Shown: one piece after another, positions 52,501-64,000 of the stretch | Numbering within the stretch: the stretch's first letter is position 1 | Layout of the letters: each line of letters starts with the position of its first letter | Assembly: GCF_963921235.1 (NCBI RefSeq) | Contig: NC_086106.1 | Span: 23,002,001 to 23,066,000 of the forward strand | Length of the DNA: 64,000 bases | Direction of reading: 5' to 3' | Origin: Mobula hypostoma | Taxonomy: Eukaryota | Program-made: the position numbers and the translations under genes | The notes under the pieces: generated by a model | Told to the model about the DNA's origin: nothing | The model's input: the letters and a program-made list of their open reading frames with translations, nothing else | Databases searched by the model: none

Positions 52501-54018
52501 ATTTACTTACTCTTTCTGCACATTTAACTCCATGCTCCGTCAGGTCATCCGTCTGCACATGTATCCTCCTTATCACTCGTACCGCCTCACATTTCTCTAC
52601 TTCACACTTAATATTCCGGAACCGTGTTGTCCCCACTTGTCCTTTATATTTCAACTCGCTATCCTCTCTAAATTTCTGGATCCCTGCCCCCTGCAAATTT
52701 AGTTTAACACCCCCCCCACACACACACACACACAAGCAGCACTAGCAAACTATCCTGCAAGAATGTTATTTCCCTTCCAGTTCAGGTGTAGACGGTCCCG
52801 TCGGAACAGATCTCACCTTCTGTGGAACAAACCCCAATTACCTAAAAACCTGAAGCGCTCCCTCCTGTACCATCCCCTCAGCCAGGTATTGACCTGTATA
52901 ATCATTCTGTTCCTCGCCTCACTCGCACGTGGCACAGCTAGCAATCCTGAGATTGTTACCCTGGAGGTCCTGCCCTTCAGCATCGCACCTAACTCCCTGA
53001 ACTCACTACCCAGGACCCCCTCACTCTTCCTACCCACGTCGTTGGTCCCTATATGGACCACAACATCTGGATTCTTGACCTCCCTCTCGAGAATAACCTG
53101 CACCCGATCTGAGATGTCCGGGACCTCGGCACCAGGGAGGCAACATACCATCCGAAACTCTCGATCTCCCCCAAAAAATCTCCTATCTTACCCCCTGATT
53201 ATAGAATCCCCTATCACTACCGCTGTTCTCTCTTCCCTCTTCCCCTCTGAGTCTAGGGTCCAACCTCAGTGCCAGAGACAGGACCTCTGCAACTTGTTCC
53301 TGTTAGTTCATCACGAACAGCATCCAAAACGGTATACTTATTGTTGATGGGAATGGCCAAAGGGGTGCTCTGCTCTCTCTGCCAGCTACCCCTCCATGTC
53401 CTGACAGTCACCCAGTTGCCTACCTCCCGTCTTTTCGGTGTGACTACCTCCCGATAACTATTTTCTATCTCTGTCTCTGCCTCCCGAATGATCCGTAGGT
53501 CATCCAGCTCCAGCTCCAATTCCGTAACTCGCTCTGATTGGATCTGCAGCTGGATGCACCTTCTGCAGGTGTCGTCATCAGGGATAACTGCGTTGACCCT
53601 GACCTCCCACATACTACATACGGAGCACAGCACTGCTCTAACTATCTCCCCGATTACCTGATCCCAGATTAATCAGAATAAATGAAACAGTACCTACCGA
53701 CCTGACTTTTTTTTTCCCTCAGCAAGCACGTACTCAGGCTCACTGATTAGCTCTCACCGAAGACCCCCTTACGCCGAAGCCCACTGAGCCAAAGCCCAGC
53801 ACTCTGCTCCCACGCACTCTGCTGCTCGCACCTGAAAGTGGGCCGCTTTTTCAACTCCGCGCTCGCCGCTGACGTCACCCCGCCTGCGCAGTTTTAGCTT
53901 CCTCCTCAGGTAATGCCTAGGCAGTCCCGATCTTCCTCAGCCTACCTACAACGGCTGATCCTCCGATCCTCCGATCCCCAGTCGTCCGTCGACCTCGAGC
54001 ACTCCTTGCTCCCGCATC
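49511..54018 (-). mobile_element. Near-full-length CR1 LINE (5' UTR, ORF1, ORF2), nested in the Tc1
   Basis: ORF1 CxxC-type N-terminus MLCSVCSMWEV..CRRC, coiled coil, and esterase-like VVVHIGTND (52813-53633). APE IYRPPN/MGDFN and RT FADDTKLGG. ACAATAG tail at the left end; flanks AAAGTCA/AATGTCA. Confidence 0.95.
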
Positions 54019-54343
54019 AATGTCATCGAAAATCTGTGGATAGATCTCAAAAGGGGAGTGCATGCGGCACGACGGAAGAATCTTACAGAACTAGAAGCCT
54101 TTTCCAAAGAAGAGTATGCGAAAATCCCCCAAACAAGAATTGAAAGACTTAGCTGGCTGCAATAAGCGTTTACAAGTGTGATACTTGCCAAAGGAATGTG
54201 TTACTAAGCACTGATCATGAAGGGTGCCTGAACTTTTGCTTCGGGCCCTTTTCCTTTTTTTTTTTTTTTGTTTTTTTTTGAAACTGTGAAAGATGGAAAA
54301 AAATAAAAAGCAAAACTAATCTTGCTTAAAGTATTAAAGACAT

Positions 54344-55434
54344 TGTCATGGTCTGGTCCGTGAAGTCCGTAATCCGCTATACATTCCGGTCTGTGGGCGC
54401 AGGACTCCGGGTCTTACAGCAGTCCCTCGTTTGGTTGAGTTAATCATAGACACCTGATTCCTTTCTTTGGGCTTGGAATAGAAGTAACCTTGAGTTTGTG
54501 TGTGGGCTGCTGGTTTGTCTCGTCAGTCCCCCTTGGAGCAACCTTCTGACGGAAGGCTAATGAAACCATCCGTGATCTCTAGGCCTGGTTGGAGGACCAC
54601 CGCTTCATGAAGCCTTATTGCCACTCGTCGGAGAAGTCATCCTGGAATAGATTTGGCCGTTTCTGTAGCCAGCCAAGGTTGCTGGCTGCCAAGTGAATCA
54701 GAGCTATCCCGGACTGAACTATTTTCCTGTCCTTGCCTCCGTTGGGTGAGCAGGGCGTTTGTCGTTACCCTACGGTTGGGTCCGCCCCTCCCTGTCCCTG
54801 TCTCCATGGGTTGAAGTTTCGCGTCCAGCTCAGGAGTTCCGCGTCCTGCCCAGGAAAAGCTCCAAAAACCAAAGCCTCGAAGATCCCAAGCCAACCTCCA
54901 AGAACACTAGCCTCGATGATCCGAAGGTAATCTCCAAGAGCACTAGCCAGGAGTCCTTAGCCTCCATGCTCAAGACCCAAGGCCACAGCCTACAGGCAAG
55001 CTCAAGACCCAACGACCCAGTCTGCAGCCAAGCTCAAGACACAAGGCCCCAGCCTGCAGCCAAGCTAAAGGCACAAGGCCTCAGCCTGCAGAAAAGCTCA
55101 AGACCAAAGGCCCCGACCAGCAGCCAAGTTCAAGACACAAGGACCCAGCCACCTCCTGTCCTGAAGCAATGTCATGTCGTTGCCTGGTTCTGGAGTCGGA
55201 GCACGAGACAAGACCCTGCTTCTGGGTCCTTGTCCAGTCCTGGGCTCGGAGTCGAAGCCTTGTCTCCTAGTCCCTGGTTACTAGTACTGGTCCCGCTTTC
55301 CCTACCCCAAGTCTGCATTCTTGTCCCTGCTCCTGGTCTGAATCCTGTCACGTTCCTACCCCAGTCAGGTCCTGTTCCATGTACTTCAATGTCTGTGTCG
55401 TGCATTTGGGTCTGCTACAACGCCCTTTGTGACA
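54344..55434. mobile_element. Solo LTR-like element (1091 bp) with 5-bp target-site duplication
   Basis: Begins TGTCA and ends TGACA, flanked by identical GACAT (54339-54343 and 55435-55439), inside the Tc1 3' region. Internal imperfect CTCAAGAC-containing repeats at about 54880-55140. Confidence 0.85.
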
Positions 55435-56109
55435 GACATGTGTCATTTTTTAACTTTATGGCTTTTGGAAATCATGTCATAATTTACTCGCTTATATTTT
55501 CACAGGAACAGAAATTTTGACCTGGGTGCCGAAACTCTGGCATACCACTGTACATCCTTTATATTCATGTTTCCGAACAGAAGCCAAAATGGAACTCTGT
55601 TGAAAGCAAACCCTTGGGCAACATGTTACATATGATAGGAATCCTCGCAGGGAGAGTTTTTTTTTGTTAATCTACAAAGTTAAAAAGTACAATTTAGAAG
55701 ATATTTGCAGACAGCCAAATAGTGGACACAATTTTACGTACAAATTACAACTGAGCACAGAAATAAATGTAAAAGGACGATGATACGATTGTCACGTGTG
55801 ATTTCGAAATGCATGCCGATTGGGCAGAATAAGGCTCGTGCCTGATTGGAAGATATGACATTTGCAGCATGCCAATGAGATTGATATTTCAAATCAGATT
55901 CTAGTCCAATCCACTGGAAAAGGGTATTCTGGATAAAATGTCGTGATTTGAAATGCATTTGATTCGGGAACTTAAGATCAAGGAAACCGTAGCAGTTAAT
56001 AATAATAAGGAGGGTAGAGCAAAGTCAAGATAGCGCTAAAGGCAGACTTATTTGCTTGCAATTCGGAAACATCTCTATACTATCTTTAATGTTAATTCTT
56101 CTTTTTTTT

Positions 56110-56795
56110 TTACTTTTCAAGTTTCTTCCGCAGACCCCGGCGTGGAGTCACAATCTGTTTTTTGCTGAAATGGGACCGGCTCTCAGGGCCGCAGGACGGG
56201 CTTTTTTTTTATTATTAATATCCGAAGGACGCTGCATGGAAGACTGGTACGCATTCAGGTACCCGATAAGTTGTAGGTTCCCCGATAAGCATGGCTGACG
56301 GGTTGATGTTGAGGCCTGTGTCCCGGCCAGATGAGTCACGGGAGCCTGGTGTGTGTCCAGAGACGTGGGCCTCTGGGCCGATTCTCTGGACGCACAGCTC
56401 GGAAGAAGCGACGCAAGAGAATTTTAACATCGTAACTCAGCGTGTTTTGTGTTATGTCTCTCCTCGTTATCTAAAACGGGCACTTCTTTTTCCCTTGTTA
56501 GGTAGAGAGCCAGTGGTATGTCAAATCATCGGATGAAAGAGTAGTCTTTCAGGTACAGCAAGGCTGTATCTATTGATGCATTGCTTCACGCCTGTGTGCT
56601 CAGTGGTCATTGCTTGCTGCTGCTTCTCCGTGGCAGGAGGAGCTGGGAGGGTCTTTCCGATTCTATCGTTTTTCTTTCTATCATTCCTTATTTGCGGCAC
56701 TCCTATTTTTCAGTCGATGGTTGTCAAGAAAAAAAAAACAATTTTAGGATTGTGTAGTATACATCTCTCTGATTTGCAATGAACCTATTGAAACT
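56110..56795 (+). mobile_element. Probable LINE 3' UTR-type interspersed repeat (family unassigned)
   Basis: GC-rich head and T-rich 3' part ending in a short simple-repeat-like tail. Assigned from recalled similarity to ray repeats and not verified. Confidence 0.45.
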
Positions 56796-57639
56796 ATGAT
56801 TGTAGAATATACCATTCCCTTTGAGAGAGAGACGATAAAGTCACAAATATCCGATTAAAACAAACTAAACTTTCGGATATGTGAACGCGCAGCAGACAGT
56901 GCAATCGGAATTAGTAAGGGCCCTGGAAAGCAGAAACTTCTGATTGGATCAGTTAATTGGTCCATATGCATTACGCGCGAGCGTTGTGAAGGAGACATTA
57001 CACTGCGGAGGCATTAGGCACGATTTTTCGAGAAACTTTATATTTTTTTTTATTATCCCCCAGGCCCGTAGCATTGCAAATGTCACGTCTTTTTTTTTAG
57101 GAAGAACGGAGGCAAAACAAAGTAAGTTATAAGCCGGTTAGACATTCGTCAGTGGTAAGCAAGTTCTGAGTCGTCATTATTAAGAAAGAAGGATCGATAT
57201 GTTTCGAGATTCGAGATTAATTAGGCTGAGTGATCGTGCTTTATCTGAGGGTATAAAACGTCCAAAACATATGTTGCAATAATTGAGAAGGCAGCAGGCA
57301 GGATAATCTTATGGTGGTCTGTAACTGATATTCCGTCAGAATTTTTTTCGATGTCTGCTGACAAAGGTTGGGTATTTGCTGCTGAGCAACAGCTTATCAC
57401 TATTACCCGAAGGAACAGAAGGACCATAAGGGTCATAATGGGTAGAAGGCAAGCAGTGGAAATAAAGATATATATATTTTTTCTGTTAGGGTGCTGGTGA
57501 CTATTGTTGTTTCATGGAGCCGGTTTTTGACGCTCTATTTCACATTGTATGTCAATTAACTGAGCGACCAAGTTGATGGCTCTCTGGCTAATCTTGCAGT
57601 CGATATCCTGGCAGGGAGATTAGCGGGGGCTGCGGAGGT

Positions 57640-60600
57640 GACTTTAAACTAGAATGGTTGGGGGGTGGGAATCAAATTAAAGAGGCTAGGCGTGAGGAGG
57701 TTAGTTCAGAACAGAGGGATGGGAACCAGTGCAGAGAGACAGAAGGGTGTAAAGTGACGGTAGAAGCAAAAATTACAAAGGAGAAAAGTAAAAGTGGCAG
57801 GCCGACAAATCCAGGGCAAGCTTTAAAAAGGGCCAATTTTCAGCATAATTGTATAAGGGCTAAGAGAGTTGTAAAAGAGCGCCTGAAGGCTTTATGTGTC
57901 AATGCAAGGAGCATTCGTAATAGGGTGGATGAATTGAAAGTGCAGATTGTTATTAATGATTATGATATAGTTGGGATCACAGAGACATGGCTCCAGGGTG
58001 ACCAGGGATGGGAGCTCAACGTTCAGGGATATTCAATATTCAGGAGGGATAGACATGAAGGAAGGGGAGGTGGGGTGGCGTTGCTGGTTAAAGAAGAGAT
58101 TAACGCAATAGAAAGGAAGGACATAAGCCTGGAAGATGTGGAATCGATATGGGTAGAGCTGCGTAACACTAAGGGGCAGAAGACGCTGGTGGGAGTTGTG
58201 TACAGGCCACCTAACAGTAGTAGTGAGGTCGGAGATGGTATTAAACAGGAAATTAGAAATGTGTGCAATAAAGGAACAGCAGTTATAATGGGGGACTTCA
58301 ATCTACATGTAGACTGGGTGAACCAAATTGGTAAAGGTGCTGAGGAAGAGGATTTCTTGGAATGCATGCGGGATGGTTTTTTGAACCAACTTGTCGAGGA
58401 ACCAACTAGAGAGCAGGCTATTCTGGACTGGGTTTTGAACAATGAGGAAGGGTTAATTAGCAATCTTGTCGTGAGAGGCCCCTTGGGTAAGAGTGACCAT
58501 AATATGGTGGAATTCTTCATTAAGATGGAGAGTGACATAGTTAATTCAGAAACAAAGGATCTGAACTTAAAGAGGGGTAACTTTGAAGGTATGAGACGTG
58601 AACTATATAAGATAGACTGGCAAATGACACTTAAAGGATTGACGGTGGATATTCAATGGCAAGCATTTAAAGGTTGCATGGATGAACTACAATTGTTCAT
58701 CCCAGTTTGGCAAAAGAATAAATCAAGGAAGGTAGTGCACCCATGGCTGACAAGAGAAATTAGGGATAGTATCAATTCCAAAGAAGAAGCATACAAATTA
58801 GCCAGAGAAAGTGGCTCACCTGAGGACTGGGAGAAATTCAGAGTTCAGCAGAGGAGGACAAAGGGCTTAATTAGGAAGGAGAAAAAAATTACGAGAGAAA
58901 ACTGGCAGGGAACATAAAAACGGACTCTAAAAGCTTTTATACATATGTAAAAAGGAAAAGACTTGTAAAGACAAATGTAGGTCCCCTGCAGACAGAAAGA
59001 GGTGAATTGATTATGGGGAGCAAGGATATGGCAGACCAACTGAATAATTACTTTGGTTATGTCTTCACTAAGGAGGACATAAATAATCTTCCAGAAAAAG
59101 TAAGGGACAGAGGGTCCAGTGAGATGGAGGAACTGAGCGAAATGCATGTTAGTAGGGAAGTGGTGTTAGGTAAATTGAAGGGATTGAAGGCAGATAAATC
59201 CTCAGGGCCAGATGGTCTGCATCCTAGAGTGCTTAAGGAAGTAGCCCAAGAAATAGTGGATGCATTAGTGATAAATTTTCAAAACTCGTTAGATTCTGGA
59301 CTAGTTCCTGAGGATTGGCGGGTGCCTAATGTGACCCAACTTTTTAAAAAAGGAAGGAGAGAGAAACCGGGGAATTATAGACCGGTTAGTCTAACGTCGG
59401 TGGTGGGGAAACTGCTGGAGTCAGTTATCAAAGATGTGATAACAGCACATTTGGAAAGCGGTGAAATCATCGGACAAAGTCAGCATGGATTTGTGAAAGG
59501 AAAATCATGTCTGACACAATCTCATAGAATTTTTTGAGGATGTAACTAGTAGAGTGGATAGGGGAGAACCAGTGGATGTGGTATATTTGGATTTTCAAAA
59601 GGCTTTTGACAAGGTCCCACACAGGAGAATAGTGTGCAAACTTAAAGCACACGGTATTGGGGGTAAGGTATTGGTGTGGGTGGAGAATTGGTTAGCAGAC
59701 AGGAAGCAAAGAGTGGGAATAAACGGGACCTTTTCAGAATGGCAGGCGGTGACTAGTGGGGTACCGCAAGGCTCAGTGCTGGGACCCCAGTTGTTTACAA
59801 TATATATTAATGACTTGGATGAGGGAATTAAATGCAGCATCTCCAGGTTTGCTGATGACACAAAGCTGGGTGGCAGTGTTAGCAGTGAGGAGGATGCTAA
59901 GAGGATGCAGGGTGACATGGATAGGTTGGGTGAGTGGGCAAATTCATGGCAGCAGCAATTTAATGTGGATAAATGTGAAGTTATCCACTTTGGTGGCAAA
60001 AATAGGAAAACAGATTATTATATGAATGGTGGACGATTAGGAAAAGGGGAGGTGCAACGAGACCTGGGTGTCATTATACACCAGTCATTGAAAGTGGGCA
60101 TGCAGGTACAGCAGGCGGTGAAAAAGGTGAATAGTATGCTGGCATTTATAGCGAGAGGATTCGAGTACAGGAGCAGGGAGGTACTACTGCAGTTGTACAA
60201 GGCCTTGGTGAGACCACACCTGGAGTATTGTGTGCAGTTTTGGTCCCCTAATCTGAGGAAAGACATCTTTGCCATAGAGGGAGTACAAAGAAGGTTCACC
60301 AGATTGATTCCTGGGATGGCAGGTCTTTCATATGAAGAAAGACTGGATGAACTGGGCTTGTACTCGTTGGAATTTAGAAGATTGAGGGGGGATCTGATTG
60401 AAACGTATAAGATCCTAAAGGGATTGGACAGCCTAGATGCAGGAAGATTGTTCCCGATGTTGGGGAGGTCTAGAACGAGGGGTCACAGTTTGAGGATAGA
60501 GGGGAAGCCTTTTAGGACCGAGATTAGGAAAAACTTCTTCACACAGAGAGTGCTGAATCTGTGGAATTCTCTGCCACAGCAAACTGTTGAGGCCAGTTCA

Positions 60601-60780
60601 TTGGCTATGTTTAAGAGGGAGTTAGATATGGCCCTTGTGGCTACAGGGGTCAGGGGGTATGGAGGGAAGGCTGGGTTCTGAGTTGGATGATCAGCCATGA
60701 TCATAATAAATGGCGTTGCAGGCTCGAAGGGCCGAATGGCCTACTCCTGCACCTATTTTCTATGTTTCTATGTTTCTATG
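57640..60780 (+). mobile_element. CR1 LINE ORF2 (APE-RT), well preserved with a few frameshifts
   Basis: ORFs 57658-58917 (NARS, ITETWL, GGGV, YRPP, GDFN, SDH), 59007-59537 and 59554-60681 (LDFQKAFDKV, PQGSVLGP, FADDT). Tail (TTCTATGT)n. Confidence 0.96.
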
Positions 60781-61053
60781 ATACCAAAAACAGGTCGAGG
60801 GGAGTTTAATGTTGATGATGCAGGGAGAGTGCACAGTGGCAGAAAACGCGCACAGAAGTGGCAGGCAGGTCACAGTGCAGGAAGATCTATGTACATATAC
60901 ATTGGTAAGCGGAATAATGGTGTAGACTATTTTCTCAACCAGTGAAAATTTAGAAACCGGAGGGATAAAGCGACTTGGGAGTCAGACTGCAGGATTTCCT
61001 AAACGGTAACCTACTAGTTAAGTCAGTAATAAAGAAAACAAATGTAGTATTAC

Positions 61054-64000
61054 TGTTATGCTATACTTGTACATGAACTCGTGAGCAGATGGTTAAAGTC
61101 GGTGCGCATGCACCGTTGTTTCTTTTCCTGGACTAACTGTCTCAAAACTTGGTGACTGTGGTGAGGCTCGGAATTTTTTTTTTCAATCGCAGCGCCCAAC
61201 TTTTAAACTTGCAGTTGGCAGCATAACGATAGCGCAACTCTGAAACATCGGAGGGTGAGTGTAAGAGTAGGAAAATGTCGACTGAGATGAGCAACCAGCC
61301 ACAAATGGAGACGAACGCAATAGCAATGCCTGGAGGTGAGACAGGAGAGTCTCAGCGCCATCTAGTACCCACGGGCGACCCCTTGCCGGGAAACTATGGC
61401 GGGGGCAGAAGTCCTCCCCGGTCAGCGGCACTCGCCCGCCACAGGCCGTGACGGTCAACCGAGGCGTGATAGACGGATGGAAGACATGGCGGCAGAGGTG
61501 GACTAACTACAGCGTCGTAGCCAAATGCATAAACCAGTTCCGGCATAGCAGACGGCATTATATTTACATATAACTGGACCGGCAGGTATTGAGATCTACA
61601 ACGGTTTTGTGTTCGCAGATGAGGCTGAAGGCCAAGACATCACAAAGGTATTAGCCGCATTTGACCGATATGCTATCGGTGAGAAAAATGAGACCTATTA
61701 ATGCTACTTGTTCAACAAGCGGCAACAAGAACAAGGTGAGAATTTTGTTTCTTGCCAGTCTTAGAGTTCTTGAAAAGAGATGTAATTTTTGATCGTGTAT
61801 GTCAGAAGGTCTGCTGAGAGACAAGATGGCACTTGACATTAACGATTCCCAAACCAGAAAAGGTCAGTTACAAGAGAAAACACTATCGCTCAATGACTGC
61901 ATTGACATCTGTAAAAACACATAAATGGCTGAATCCAACCAACAAGCATTCAGTACAGCTGCAGATAGCAGGTCTGCTACTGTCAGTGGTATTAAACCTC
62001 GCACTAAAAAGTAAGGTTCAAAGCATCCTGGACAGAAGTCTAGTGCTAGTGGTGGAGCTACAGCAAAAGGCGCCTTGAACAGCCACAAAAGCAAAGTGAA
62101 CCCTTGCAAGTACTATGGCGCGGAACATGGAAGAGACAAGCAGCAATGCCTAGCATACGGAGCGGTGAGTAACACGTATGGCATTCGAAATCACTTTGCA
62201 AGGGTATGCAAACAGAAGCCCGTGCATGGCGTGGAAGCACAAAGCGATAACCAAATCGACAGTGACAGCAGCACCGAGTTTATCGACAATGTCATGCTAG
62301 TGGTCAACAGGTTGAAGACAAAGGATGACGTATTCGCACAGAAGCTCATCAATAGAAAACTAATATACTTCCAAGTCGTCAGTGGGGCAGCAATTAACAT
62401 TTATTGCCGCAAATACTTGAACGGCGTATTCGACACAGTAAGACAATACACAAATAAATAAATAAATAATAAAAAAAAAACTGATGATGTGGAACACGAC
62501 CATCATGGATGCAGGACGGGTGTGCAGAGTGAAATTGCCTAACCCCAGGACGCCCCGCAAGTATTCTGTCGAATCTGTCGTGATCACTTACGACGTTACA
62601 CCATTGCTGGGAAGCAGGGCCAGCCAGCAAATGAAGGTGATTCCGGTCAACAATGACAATGAAAAACATTGCATACCAGAAGAGCGCTATGCAGAGGTGT
62701 TCGATGATGCGTTCGGGGTGCTTCCGGGTACAGCCCACGTTCAGATTGTTGAGAAAATTCCACCCACAGTGTTACCCCCAGGACGTCCACCTTACGCTAT
62801 GAAGCGGAAAGTGAAAGCTGAGCTTGATCCACTGGTAGAGCGCAACGTGATAGCTCCAGTCCATGAACCTACAAGGTGGGTTAGCTAGTTGATAGTCGCA
62901 GAGAAGGAGAACGGCAATCTTAGGATATGCATTGACCCTCGACGTTGAACCAGCGCTGCGGAGAGAATACTACCCTCCTCCCCCTTCCGGTGATGGAGGG
63001 CATTTTACCAGAACCTAGCAGGGCTCAGGTTTTCAGCAATCTTGATATCAGTTCTGCATTCTGGCAAATGTAATTGGACAGTGAATCAAGCGTGCTCACC
63101 ACTTTCAACACACCTTTCGGGTGGTATAGATGACCCGCTTGGAACCAGCGTTTCATCACAGATCTTCCAGCGCAGACTGCATCAGGAGCTGCAAGGACTT
63201 CTGGGAGGGCTGTGCGTCGCAGACGACATTATGGTGTAGGGAAAAGGGGGAAAGCAGGAAAAAGCAATTGCCGATCATGTTGTGAAACTTCAGCAGCAAT
63301 TACAGCGTTGTTTAGGGCAGCATATCAGCTGAACAAGAACAAATCTGTCTTCAGAGCCACGGAAATACCCCATTTGGGGCATCTCATCACAAGTGAAAAA
63401 TTTCAGCCTGAACCAAAAAAAGTCGCTGACGTTCTCAGCGTGCCAGCACCCACGGATGTGCAGGGAGTGCTGCGATTGATAGGATTTGTCAACTACCTGA
63501 GCCGTTTTCTCCCAAGTCTCTCAGATACCCTTGAGCCAAGAAGACAGCTGACAAAGCCAGATGTAGCATGGGAGTGGTCAGCTGAGCAGTAAAACTTTCT
63601 CTCCAAGATGAAGCGAATAGTATCCGAAGCACCGGTGTTAACACACTACATTTCTAAGGAAGAGCTAACCATCCAATGTGACGCCAGTAACAAAGGCCTA
63701 GGGGCAGCACTCCTCTAGAATGGATAACCGATCGCATATGCAAGTATAGCGCTGACGGACACAGAAACGCGTTACGCGGCGATCGAAAACTAAATGTTCG
63801 CAATTGTTTTCGCAGTTGAGCGTTTTCGTCAAAACACTTTTGACCGCTTCACAAGAGTACTCAGCGATCAGAAGCCGCTCAAAACGATAATTAATAAGCC
63901 GCTGGTGAGGGCAACAAAGCACCTTCAGGGACTGTTCTTTCGCCTGCAGACCTAAGACATCAACATCACCTACTGTCAAGGAAAAATCATGCACCTCGCG
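61054..64000 (+). mobile_element. Degenerate Gypsy LTR retrotransposon, running off the window end
   Basis: Short LTR-like 61054-61149 and PBS-like TGGTGACTGTGG at 61150. Gag LFNKRQQEQGE, decayed Cys/His knuckles (NHFARVC), protease-like FQVVSGAAIN, RT LRICIDP and VADDI, RNaseH QCDAS.KGLGA. Many stops. Confidence 0.88.

Larger units (their letters stand above)
45775..55550 (+). mobile_element. Tc1/mariner DNA transposon split by three nested insertions
   Basis: TIRs CAGTGATATGCAAAAGT...GGTCAAAATTTCTGTT (45775-) and CAGAAATTTTGACC...GCATACCACTG|TA (-55550). Transposase pieces: SGRP...VHCSTVQRQL...FWKQVLRTDD (46302-46649), GGGLIMFW...QKDNDSK (49233-49510), VIENLW..LK (54019-54210). Confidence 0.92.

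Noticed and set aside
1-64000. RAG/Transib-like transposase, NAR-TCR or IgH-like V, constant-region exons, CRISPR arrays
   Set aside because: Looked for by eye on both strands and no supporting motifs were found. A heavily decayed copy could have been missed.

Overview
Vertebrate genomic DNA. The repeat content (CR1 LINEs with TTCTATG-type tails, Penelope-like elements, Tc1, Gypsy) and the antigen-receptor segments point to a cartilaginous fish, possibly a ray; the taxon is an inference. The window looks like part of the V-segment array of a T-cell receptor alpha/delta locus. It holds one apparently intact V segment (leader 33756-33801, V exon 33910-34216, 23-RSS 34217-34255) and one clear V pseudogene split by a CR1 insertion exactly at its YYC motif (2717-3751). 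It also holds several heavily decayed V-like relics (about 436-830, 4722-5100, 7640-8090 on the minus strand) and a tandemly repeated ~400-440 bp unit (26545-27610) that looks like an internally deleted mini-V cassette. No convincing D, J or C segment was found. Over half of the window is transposable-element derived, including a 9.8-kb Tc1 transposon carrying three nested insertions. Most short ORFs in the supplied track are TE fragments, antisense shadows or microsatellite artefacts. I see no firm evidence of a wholly new system. The best lead is the repeated mini-V cassette and the graded series of V relics. All alignments were done by eye, with no database searches.
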